A stretch of DNA of 64,000 nucleotides. It comes from Thermodesulfobacteriota bacterium. GTDB lineage: Bacteria > Desulfobacterota > Desulfobacteria > Desulfobacterales > SURF-7. The notes below the pieces were generated by a model, which had not been told where the DNA came from, ran no database searches, and saw only the letters and a program-made list of their open reading frames with translations. The first letter of the stretch is position 1. Every line of letters starts with the position of its first letter. Position numbers and translations under genes: made by a program. The stretch covers positions 256,001 through 320,000 of the forward strand of contig JBMORA010000009.1 in assembly GCA_049320885.1 (NCBI GenBank), read 5' to 3'. Of this stretch, positions 19,313 to 27,764 are shown piece after piece.

Positions 19313-19739
19313 GTCGTTGGCGTAGAAGAACCGTCCAGAATCGTCGGTGTTGATGAAGAGCGTCTCAAGAGGATCTTTGAGATAGCGATTCAGCGGCTCA
19401 CGCCGCGGATACGGGCAACCCTTTCGTTTCAAGAGATCGAGGGCAAGAGAGTAGCCATTTTTGGTGTACCACGCTCAGCCTCTGTCGTTCTGGCTGATGG
19501 CAGTGCCTTTGTCCGCAGCGGTACCTTACCCAGCCAATGGCTTTAAGCTACCGGAGAAACCAGATACAAAGACTATAGAAGCGCTTGCTAATTCAATCGA
19601 GAAGCAGACGACGCTCATCGAAGAGCTGAGAGAAGAAATACGGGTCAGCAATAGCTGGAAGAGCAAATGGAAGGATTACTTGATTTTTGGGTTTGTGGGT
19701 GCAATCCTCGGTGCAATCGCGACTATCTTGATCGGTTGA
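19310..19739 (+). pseudogene. AlbA_2/Schlafen-like domain protein with C-terminal TM helix, 5'-truncated and frameshifted
   Basis: Frame 19310-19546 reads IVVGVEEPSRIVGVDE...EIEGKRVAIFGVPRS...GSAFVRSGT; continues in another frame to a coiled coil and YLIFGFVGAILGAIATILIG. Confidence 0.6.
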
Positions 19740-19742
19740 TGT

Positions 19743-19799
19743 GCCCCACCCGGCCTGCTGCGGATTCTGTTCCCTCGCTGCAGAGGTTGGGTATTATAG
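19743..19799 (+). mobile_element. degenerate attC-like site
   Basis: GCCCCAC just after a stop, imperfect hairpin (ctgctgcg/cgctgcag; cccacc/ggttggg), ends ATTATAG in place of GTTRRRY. Confidence 0.4.
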
Positions 19800-19834
19800 A
19801 TCAAAAAAGCCATATAAAAAGCCATATTTTTATA

Positions 19835-19863
19835 TTGACATACTTTCTTTTCCAACCTACTAT
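19835..19863 (+). promoter_or_regulatory. sigma70 promoter of brnT-brnA
   Basis: TTGACA-N17-TACTAT; preceded by tandem AAAAAGCCATAT x2 (19804-19827). Confidence 0.7.
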
Positions 19864-19869
19864 AAAATA

Positions 19870-20163
19870 ATAAAAAAACAATCTGATTTTGATTGGGATG
19901 CCGACAAAGACAATCTCAATCAGGAAAAGCATGGCGTTTCGTTTGCTCTGGCACAACTTGCGTTTCTGGACCCTGACCGTGTTATCCTTGAAGATTTTGA
20001 GCACGGGGATGATGAGAAACGGTACTATTGCCTTGGCAGAGTCTCTGCCGGAATAATGACCGTTCGATTTACGTACAGAAAAAACAAAATCAGAATTTTT
20101 GGCGCCGGATATTGGCGGAAAGGAAAGAAAATATATGAAAGGGAAAATCAAATACACGGATGA
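19870..20163 (+). CDS. brnT: BrnT family toxin (start codon reads ATA; possibly inactivated)
   Basis: FDWDADKDNLNQEKHGVSFALAQLAFLD, EKRYYCLG, TVRFTYR..IRIFGAGYWRKG. Confidence 0.82.
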   Translation: MKKQSDFDWDADKDNLNQEKHGVSFALAQLAFLDPDRVILEDFEHGDDEKRYYCLGRVSAGIMTVRFTYRKNKIRIFGAGYWRKGKKIYERENQIHG

Positions 20164-20362
20164 GCCCATTGGGAAGGTCAAGGTTATTCCTGATTTTCTC
20201 CCATCCCCAGAAGAACTCGCTCTGAAAGACGAGACCGTGAAGGTTACAATTGTGTTAAGCAAAGCAAGTGTCGATTTTTTTAAAAAAGAGGCCAAAAAAT
20301 ATAACACTCAATATCAGAAAATGATCCGCAGACTTTTGGATGAATATACCGTTCATCAGTAA
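20135..20362 (+). CDS. brnA: BrnA/CopG-like ribbon-helix-helix antitoxin
   Basis: DFLPSPEEL..ETVKVTIVLSKASVDFFK..YQKMIRRLLDEY; overlaps brnT. Confidence 0.85.
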   Translation: MKGKIKYTDEPIGKVKVIPDFLPSPEELALKDETVKVTIVLSKASVDFFKKEAKKYNTQYQKMIRRLLDEYTVHQ

Positions 20363-20390
20363 ACGCGGATCCATAAAAGGAAGCATACGC

Positions 20391-20690
20391 ATGGACATGT
20401 GGAAGTTCTTTAACATCACGCATCGGGAGCACACTCTCTGCAATCCGATGAGTCTTGAGAAACTTGAACAGCTTATCACACTTCTGCCGTTGAAACCCGG
20501 GGCGCGCGTGCTTGATATCGCCACTGGCAAGGGCGAGTTTCTCATCAAGCTTGCAGAGCGGTACCGGCAAATGACAGGGACAGGCGTTGATTTCTCTCCC
20601 CACTGCATTGCCGATGTCCGCAAGAAACATCAAGAACGTGTTCCCGATGCCCAGCTCCATTTCTTGGAGATGGACGGGGCCAAGTATGTC
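20391..20690 (+). pseudogene. SAM-dependent methyltransferase, 3'-truncated
   Basis: HTLCNPMSLEK..VLDIATGKGE..GVDFSP; ORF ends shortly after MDGAKY. Confidence 0.75.
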
Positions 20691-20691
20691 C

Positions 20692-21216
20692 GGATGCGGC
20701 TATGGACGCACATGTTCTGAATTGATAGAGGCCGGTTATCACAATGTAGTCGGGATTGACATCTCTGAGGAAATGATAAGACGCGGTAGGTGGCTGAATG
20801 GCGATCTGAACCTTCATATTTTTGACGGCAGGTCAGTTGATTTCGAAGATAGCTCCTTTGACGCCTGTATTTTGTTGGCGGTACTCACCTGCATACCATA
20901 TGATGGAGGGCAAAACCGTACCATAGATGAAGTACACAGGTTGCTTCGACCCGGTGGCATGGTATTTATCAGTGATTATCCCCTGCGGAAGGACGAGAGG
21001 AACCAAAAACGATACCGTGAGTTCGAAAAACAATTTGGGACTTTTGGCATTTTTAGGACTGAGAATGCTATCCTTCGCCATTTCGATATGAGTCGGATAT
21101 ACCAACTCCTATCGAGATTTGAAATCCTTTGGGAAGAGGTCATCAGAGTTTGCACAATGAATGGCAACGAATCAGATGTTTTCCAAATTGGGGCACGGAA
21201 GAAAAATATCGGCTGA
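20692..21216 (+). pseudogene. second SAM-dependent methyltransferase, 5'-truncated
   Basis: Starts mid motif I (GCGYGRT), GIDISEEMI, FDACILLAVLTC, LLRPGG. Confidence 0.75.
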
Positions 21217-21298
21217 CCCAGCATGAACTCGGACTGGGAATCAGCTGCTACGCTTCGCGTTGCAGCTATTTTCCAACCGGTTATACTGAACATTCGCT
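21211..21298 (+). mobile_element. attC-like integron cassette recombination site (degenerate core)
   Basis: GGCTGAC overlapping a stop codon, cagcatgaactcgg pairing with ccggttatactg with bulged bases, inner stem agctgc-t-acgc/gcgt-t-gcagct, ends ATTCGCT. Confidence 0.65.
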
Positions 21299-21447
21299 TT
21301 CATAAAATCAGCTGAAGGGGCTGAAGGGGATAGTATATGGTCGGACCACGATAAGTAGTTAAACGTAAAATAAATAAGTAGTAAAAACGTTGTTCAAATT
21401 AGCCCATAACCGATTTTTTGAGGGCAAAAAAGAGTTTAGGAAAAGGC

Positions 21448-21789
21448 ATGTCGATAAAACACTTAATTCCAGATGACCCCCAACAATTTATCCAACGCAA
21501 TGTAATCCAAAGGAAAATATTTTGGACATACCATGTGAATATGCGTTTGAAAGGCCGTTCCATTTCCCGAGATGCAATTATCAATTCTCACGATAGTTAT
21601 GAAATATTGTAACAATATCAGAATGATAAATATTTTCCAAGCTATCTTGTTCGTTCTGAATACCATAATGATATAGTACATATTCTGTTTGCAGCTGATG
21701 TGAAAGATGATAATATTCGTATTATTACCGCCTATCGCCCGACTTTGGGAGAATGGGAAGAGGGCTTTAGAATAAGGAGGCAATCTTGA
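21448..21789 (+). pseudogene. DUF4258 family putative toxin with internal TAA at 21610-21612
   Basis: IFWTYHVNMRLKGRSI..EIL*QYQNDKYFPSYLV..HILFAAD..IRIITAYRP..EW continues in the same frame; TGATG overlap with next gene. Confidence 0.82.
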
Positions 21790-22010
21790 TGAAATGCCAT
21801 TTGTGTGGATCAAAATTGGAGTCTTTGATCACCGACCTACCTTTCAAAATCAGCGATACGACCATTGCCATTTTGAAAGGTATGCCGATTTTGCAATGTG
21901 AAAATTGTGGTGAGTATCTGATTGATGATTCGGTGATGAAACATGTTGAAAAAATCCTGGAACGGGTAAGCGCAGATGCTGAGCTAGAAATTATTCGTTA
22001 TGCCGCTTGA
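21789..22010 (+). CDS. YgiT/MqsA-type zinc-finger protein (putative antitoxin)
   Basis: MKCHLCG...PILQCENCGEY...EIIRYAA. Confidence 0.9.
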   Translation: MKCHLCGSKLESLITDLPFKISDTTIAILKGMPILQCENCGEYLIDDSVMKHVEKILERVSADAELEIIRYAA

Positions 22011-22085
22011 AGATTTGTTTGACCGCTATGAATGCCCAACCATTCACATAAAACCTCTATGCACCGCTGATATGGAAAAAAAGTG

Positions 22086-22559
22086 ATGTCCGATAGAGCC
22101 GCCATGGCAACGGAAAAATTCCTGAGTGGATACAACTGAGCCCAGGCCGTCCTTTACGCTTTCCGGGACGAAAGCGAATTGCCGGGGGAAACAGCCTTGA
22201 AGATCGCGTGTGGCCTGGGTGCGGGCATGGGGCGAAAAGAGGAGGTCTGCGGCGCCGTGACCGGCGGGATTCTTGTCCTGGGATTGCGGCATGGCCGGGG
22301 CGGCCAAGATGATCGCTCGGCCATGGAATCAACATACCGGAAAACCCGGGAGCTTATGGACCGGTTTGCCGCGAAGCATGGCACGTTCATTTGCCGCAAG
22401 CTGCTGAATGGCTGCGAGTTGACGACGGACGAAGGGCAGAAGTACTTTAAGGAAAACGACCTGTTGAACAAGACCTGTGTCCCGTGTGTTCAGACTGTTG
22501 TTGGGATCCTTTTGGATCAGGAGGAAAGCAATGCCACAATTACTGGGCATCCGCATTAA
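22086..22559 (+). CDS. C-GCAxxG-C-C family redox protein with in-frame TGA (candidate selenocysteine at codon 18)
   Basis: MSDRAAMATEKFLSGYN(TGA)AQAVL...GLGAGMGR..EVCGAVTGG...GTFICRKLL...TCVPCV; hairpin after TGA. Confidence 0.8.
22140..22187 (+). promoter_or_regulatory. candidate bacterial SECIS element
   Basis: Perfect stem CGCTTTC (22157-63)/GAAAGCG (22170-76), loop CGGGAC, lower stem CCCAGGC/GCCGGGG. Confidence 0.55.
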
Positions 22560-23754
22560 AAATTATAAATCACTAAAGTCTGTCACACTGGGGCAGATCG
22601 GATATGGGCAAGGAGATGCCCTGCCGCCGCTCAGTTGCTTTATCGGTCCGAATGGAAGCGGCAAATCGAGTCTGCTGGATTCATTTGGATTTCTTTCTGA
22701 TTGCCTGCGAGAAGGGGTGGAGGCTGCCTGCGACAAGCCGCAACGCGGAGGTTTCGGGCGATTACGAACCCAAGGGTGTGATGAATCGATACAGTTTGAC
22801 ATTTATTACCGGGAGAATTTGACCGCCAGGCCAATAACGTACAATTTTGAAATTACCGAGGACAAAGGAGTCCCCATCGTTCTTCGCGAACATCTCCGCC
22901 AGCGTAGAAAAGGCCAAAAACATGGACAACCATTTACATTCCTTCGACTTGAAAGAGGGAAGGGAGTTGTATGGGCTGGAGAAAAAACCGAAGACGAGGA
23001 AGGCGCAACCCAACAGGATATCAAACTGGAAGATAATGACCGGCTCGGGATTACAACGCTTGGTCAATTATCCGAACATCCGCGCATCGTAGGATTGCGT
23101 GCCTATATCGAGAATTGGTACCTTTCTTATTTTATCCCGGATGCGGCCAGGCGGTTACCGCCGGCAGGGGCGCAAAAGCATCTTGATCGAACCGGTGAAA
23201 ATCTCGGGAACGTGGTCCAGTTTCTTGAGAGGAATCATAAGACTCGTTTTGATAGCATTTTGGAACGAATACGGCAACGAATTCCTGGAATCGAAAAAAT
23301 CGAAACAGAAAAAAGTCAAGATGGCCGGCTGTTATTGAAGTTCAATGAAGCAGGCTATCAGGATCCGTTTTTTCAACAGAACATGTCCGATGGAACATTA
23401 AAGATGTTTGCTTATCTGCTGCTTCTTGAAGATCCGGAACCGCCTTCGTTTGTTGGAATAGAGGAACCTGAAAACGGACTCTATCATAGATTGGTGGAAC
23501 AACTCGCCAGCGAATTTCGCCGGTATTCTGAAAAATCGAAAGGCAAACTTCAGGTATTGATAACAACCCATTCTCCACAGTTTGTTGATGCATTGAGCCC
23601 CGAACAAGTTTGGCTGATGGAAAAGGATGAAAACGGATTCACTCAAGTCAAGCGCACAGCCGATATGCCCATCATAAAAACCCTTGACGAAGAAGGAATA
23701 CCGCTTGGCAGCCTATGGTACAGCAATCACCTTGAGGAAAGATTCGCGGGATGA
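22531..23754 (+). CDS. ABC-type (AAA_21/AAA_15-like) ATPase
   Basis: IKNYKSL, Walker A GPNGSGKS, signature MSDGT, Walker B IEEPENGL, TTHSP; AGGAGG RBS. Confidence 0.92.
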   Translation: MPQLLGIRIKNYKSLKSVTLGQIGYGQGDALPPLSCFIGPNGSGKSSLLDSFGFLSDCLREGVEAACDKPQRGGFGRLRTQGCDESIQFDIYYRENLTARPITYNFEITEDKGVPIVLREHLRQRRKGQKHGQPFTFLRLERGKGVVWAGEKTEDEEGATQQDIKLEDNDRLGITTLGQLSEHPRIVGLRAYIENWYLSYFIPDAARRLPPAGAQKHLDRTGENLGNVVQFLERNHKTRFDSILERIRQRIPGIEKIETEKSQDGRLLLKFNEAGYQDPFFQQNMSDGTLKMFAYLLLLEDPEPPSFVGIEEPENGLYHRLVEQLASEFRRYSEKSKGKLQVLITTHSPQFVDALSPEQVWLMEKDENGFTQVKRTADMPIIKTLDEEGIPLGSLWYSNHLEERFAG

Positions 23755-24380
23755 GGATTCATTTTTTTGTTGAAGGTCTATCGGAAAAGACTTTTCTGCA
23801 AGTATGGTTGCCTAGATTTCTGCCTGCGAGCCACTCTTTCAAGATCATTCCTCACAGGGGTAAAGGCAAAATTCCCGGCGATCCGGGTAAGAAGCCGGAT
23901 CCAAGACGGCAAGGACTTTTGGATCAATTACCGGCAAAACTCAGGGCCTATGGAAAGGAATTGCATCGCGATACGGATAGAATTATTGTACTTGTTGATT
24001 TGGATCACGATGATTGTCTGATCCTTAAGAAAAAGATGGTTGATTTGCTTGATTACTGCGATACCCCGCCGGTCGCTCTTTTCCGGATTGCTATCGAAGA
24101 AACCGAGGCTTTTTATCTCGGTGATCGATCAGCTATCCGGGCCGCTTTTCCAAAGGCGAGAATATCGCTTCTGGACACATATATTCAGGATAGCATTTGC
24201 GGCACTTGGGAATTGTTCATGGAAGCAATAAGAGAGACTTCGGATGACAAGGTGCGCTGGGCCGGAATAATGGGCAGGCATTTGACAACAAAGTGGAAAG
24301 GCGCGTTTGCAAATAAATCCATATCATTTCAACAATTTTGCAAAGGGATTTTGCAAATGGCCGGTGAGCCGATCGATTGA
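23751..24380 (+). CDS. DUF4276-like TOPRIM-fold protein
   Basis: FFVEGLSE, VLVDLDHDDC, IAIEETEAFYLGD, NKSISFQQF; ATGA overlap with the ATPase. Confidence 0.78.
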   Translation: MRIHFFVEGLSEKTFLQVWLPRFLPASHSFKIIPHRGKGKIPGDPGKKPDPRRQGLLDQLPAKLRAYGKELHRDTDRIIVLVDLDHDDCLILKKKMVDLLDYCDTPPVALFRIAIEETEAFYLGDRSAIRAAFPKARISLLDTYIQDSICGTWELFMEAIRETSDDKVRWAGIMGRHLTTKWKGAFANKSISFQQFCKGILQMAGEPID

Positions 24381-24515
24381 AAACGCTTTAAATCGACCTG
24401 TATGGATGCTCATTCCTGTAAATTATGAAAATTTGTCACAAAACAACCTTGAATAATACGAATAAACATCAATAAAAATGGTTGACATTTCCGAAATCGG
24501 CTGTAATTTGGGGGC

Positions 24516-25871
24516 ATGAAACGAGCCATCGACCCGATTCTCGATCAATGGAAAGACAGTCGCGTGCGTCAGCCGCTGCTGGTCCGGGGGGCCCGGCAAG
24601 TCGGCAAGACCCGTTCGATAACGGATTTCGGCAGGCGGGCGTTTGACAACATCGTGACGGTGAATTTTGAAGAACGGCCCGAGTTGAGCCGCTGCTTTTC
24701 GGATTTCGATCCCAAGGGGATCATCGACCGCCTGTCCATCCTGACCCGGGAAACCATCCGGCCGGGGAAAACCTTGCTGTTCCTGGATGAAATCCAGGAA
24801 TGCCCGCGGGCGATAACCGCCTTGCGGTATTTTGACGAAAATATGCCGGAACTTCATATTGTCGGCGCCGGGTCGCTGGTGGAGTTCGCCTTGCGCTCGG
24901 AGGGCTTTCGCATGCCCGTCGGACGTGTGCAAAGTCTGTACATGGTTCCGATGTCCTATGAAGAATTTCTGACCGCCATGGGGGAAGAGCGGCTCGTTGA
25001 GTATCTCGGCGGTGTTGATGCAACAACCGGGATGGAGCCGATCATTTCCGAAAGGCTGGAACAATTGTTCCGCCAGTATTTGCTGGTGGGCGGGATGCCC
25101 AGGATCGTCGACGCCTTCCGGGAAAAGGTGTTCATGGAGGAATTGCAGCGGCTGCAATCCAGCCTCATTCGCACCTATTCCGATGATTTCGCCAAGTATG
25201 CGTCCACCGCCAGGCACAAGTATCTGAAGGAAGTGTATGCCGGTGCGCCCAGGATGGTGGGCAGGCGTTACAAGTATTCGCAGGTCAACCCGGACATCGA
25301 GTCCAAATTCCTGAAAGAGGCGGTCGAACTGCTGGTTGATGCAAGGGTGTTGTATCGAATCTGCCACGCATCCGGTGAAGGCGTGCCGCTGGCTTCAACC
25401 ATGAATGAACGCAAATTCAAAATTGCGTTTCTCGATGTCGGCTTGATGCAAAATGCGCTGGGCATTCAGGCCGACATCGTTTCCGAGGTCAGCGTCATGC
25501 GGATCAACGCCGGCAGCCTCGCGGAACAGGTCGTTGCCCAGGAACTGATCGCCCATGCGGATTCGTACGTTGATAAAAAACTCCATTTCTGGACAAGAGA
25601 AGAACGTGGGAGCAGTGCCGAAGTGGATTATCTCATGGAAATCGCCGGCCGGCCGGTGCCTGTGGAAGTGAAATCCGGCGCCGGGGGTTCTCTGAAAAGT
25701 ATGCGTCTCTTTCTGGAAAAATATCCCAAAACACCGCTCGGCATCCGCTATTCCCTGCATGAACTGTCCTATCACGATCGAATCCTGTCGATTCCATTGA
25801 CCATGATCGGCCAGACGCATCGGCTGGTCCGCATTTTCATGGATGAGAATTTAGTGTTAAAACAAAGTTGA
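24516..25871 (+). CDS. AAA_14 ATPase with C-terminal DUF4143 (PD-(D/E)xK-like) domain
   Basis: GARQVGKT, LFLDEIQECP, GAGSL, PMSYEEFL, VGGMP, AEVDY..PVEVKSG. Confidence 0.92.
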   Translation: MKRAIDPILDQWKDSRVRQPLLVRGARQVGKTRSITDFGRRAFDNIVTVNFEERPELSRCFSDFDPKGIIDRLSILTRETIRPGKTLLFLDEIQECPRAITALRYFDENMPELHIVGAGSLVEFALRSEGFRMPVGRVQSLYMVPMSYEEFLTAMGEERLVEYLGGVDATTGMEPIISERLEQLFRQYLLVGGMPRIVDAFREKVFMEELQRLQSSLIRTYSDDFAKYASTARHKYLKEVYAGAPRMVGRRYKYSQVNPDIESKFLKEAVELLVDARVLYRICHASGEGVPLASTMNERKFKIAFLDVGLMQNALGIQADIVSEVSVMRINAGSLAEQVVAQELIAHADSYVDKKLHFWTREERGSSAEVDYLMEIAGRPVPVEVKSGAGGSLKSMRLFLEKYPKTPLGIRYSLHELSYHDRILSIPLTMIGQTHRLVRIFMDENLVLKQS

Positions 25872-25935
25872 AGCTTGCTTTGGGATACAATGGAGTATGC
25901 TATATGATACTGATATCGCGGCATCTTGAATAATC

Positions 25936-26862
25936 ATGATGAACATCGCCACCACCATTGTCCCCATTTTTTCGGTCATCGTGCTGGGCTGGATCGCCCA
26001 TCGCCGGGGGTTCATTCCCGCCGAATTCATTGTTCCCGCCAACCGCATTGTCTACTACCTGGCCATCCCGGCCATGATTTTCAAGGTGGTGGCCCGGACG
26101 GATTTCAGCTCCAGTTTTCAGGGCCGGGTGACGGTGATCGCCTGGCTTGCCATGGCTGCGACCTTCGCCTTTTCCTGGGGGACCGGCAAGCTGATCCAAT
26201 TCCGCCGGGGCCGTCTGTCCACCTTCATCCAGAGCGGCTACCACTGTAATATCGGTTACATGGCTCTGGCGGTGGCCTATTATTATCTGGGAAACGAGGG
26301 CTTGGCGCGAACCGGCATGCTGGCGGCTTTTCTCATGCTGCTGCAGAACGTGCTGTCCGTGGCGGTGCTCAGTTATTACGCCCGGGAGGAAACCGGCGGG
26401 CAGAAATGGCGACGGACCGTCGCCAACATTTTCGGGAACCCCATTCTCCTGGCCGCGGCGGCCGGCATGCTGTTTTCACTGTTGCGCATTCCGGTGCCTT
26501 CCGTGGCGGACAGGAGCCTCGAAATCCTGGGTGGAATGGCCCTGCCCATGGCCCTGATCCTGATCGGCGCCTCCCTGTCCTTCCGGATGATCCGGCGCCA
26601 TCTGTGGGCAATCCTCTGGAGCGCGGGAGCGGTGAAACTGCTGCTGCTTCCCGGTCTGGCCTACGCAGCCTTCCGGTTCCTGGAAATTCCCGGCCGGGAT
26701 TTCCTGCCGGCGATCATTCTTTTGGCGAGTCCCACGGCTACGGTTACGTATGTGATGGCCAGGGAGATGGGCGGTGATCCGGATTTCGCCGTGGGGGCCG
26801 TATCGGCCGGCACCCTGTTGTCGGCGGTGACCTTTTCCTTCTGGCTGTCCCTTTCGGCCTGA
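25936..26862 (+). CDS. AEC family membrane transporter
   Basis: About 10 hydrophobic segments, NRIVYYLAIPA, NIGYMAL, NPILLA, PMALILIGA, SPTATVTY. Confidence 0.9.
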   Translation: MMNIATTIVPIFSVIVLGWIAHRRGFIPAEFIVPANRIVYYLAIPAMIFKVVARTDFSSSFQGRVTVIAWLAMAATFAFSWGTGKLIQFRRGRLSTFIQSGYHCNIGYMALAVAYYYLGNEGLARTGMLAAFLMLLQNVLSVAVLSYYAREETGGQKWRRTVANIFGNPILLAAAAGMLFSLLRIPVPSVADRSLEILGGMALPMALILIGASLSFRMIRRHLWAILWSAGAVKLLLLPGLAYAAFRFLEIPGRDFLPAIILLASPTATVTYVMAREMGGDPDFAVGAVSAGTLLSAVTFSFWLSLSA

Positions 26863-26899
26863 TGTCCCCCCCCGGACCGTTTGCCGTTTTGGAATCCGG

Positions 26900-27580
26900 T
26901 CAGGGAGCGAAACGGAGCTCGCCGAAACAGCGGGGCAGGTGAAAATTCAGCTCATCCACCGGCGACCAGGCGGCCCAGTGGGGCCGGGAGGTTTCATCGC
27001 CGCATTTGTAGAAATTGGCCCGCCAGCAGGTTCCGGGGTCAACGCTGAAATCTCCGGCGTATTTCCGCAGCAGCGCGAACGGAATATAAAATTCGAGATG
27101 CCAGCAGGTTTCCCGGGTCAGCTCCGGTTCCACTATGGGCGGCAGGGAGGCGTAAATGTCAACGCTGCCGCCCTCCCCGGGTGTCAGCTTCGTGAAGGCG
27201 CGGAAACCGTCCGGTGTTCGCCGCGGGTCGGTGATATAATACATCAGGGCCGCCCCGCCGCAGTTGAATTCGAAATTGAAATACCCGGAGTCCGGCCGCG
27301 GCTGGACAAAAAACTCCACGCAGCTGTCCTTGTAAACTTCCGATTGAAACCCTGTCCGGACGCAGCGAACGAACCGGTCCTGCACCTGGAAAAGACCGAA
27401 CAACCCTTCCGGGTTCGACAGGATTTTCACCCGCGTGACGGGGCGGTGGGTGCCGCTCTCAGGTCTGAATGCCGCGATTTCCAGGAACGGGGCGTTTCCC
27501 CAGACTTCGCCGCCCCATTGCCCCTTCAGCTCCGGTCGGTTGTCCGTTCTGTGGATTGTATACACCGGCAGGTTCGCCAT
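26900..27580 (-). CDS. carbohydrate-binding family 9-like protein
   Basis: VYKDSCVEFF, YFNFEFNCGG, WRANFYKCGD, NFHLPRCFG. Confidence 0.85.
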   Translation of the reverse strand: MANLPVYTIHRTDNRPELKGQWGGEVWGNAPFLEIAAFRPESGTHRPVTRVKILSNPEGLFGLFQVQDRFVRCVRTGFQSEVYKDSCVEFFVQPRPDSGYFNFEFNCGGAALMYYITDPRRTPDGFRAFTKLTPGEGGSVDIYASLPPIVEPELTRETCWHLEFYIPFALLRKYAGDFSVDPGTCWRANFYKCGDETSRPHWAAWSPVDELNFHLPRCFGELRFAP

Positions 27581-27764
27581 GACTTGTTCTCCGGTTCGGG
27601 CCACTTGCGGAAACCGGCGGACCGGTTGACAAGCGTCCGGTAAAAAGATAATTTGAGTTCATCCCGTGCACGGCCGTTTCTCGCGAAGGAAGCGGCCAAC
27701 GCGGATCGGGCTGCGCGCAGGCCGACGGTATCATCTCTTTTTGGTTTCATGAAAAGGAGTCCCC

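Noticed and set aside
21610..21612. Recoding of the DUF4258 internal stop
   Set aside because: The codon is TAA at a probable Glu position, so neither Sec nor Pyl applies; treated as nonsense
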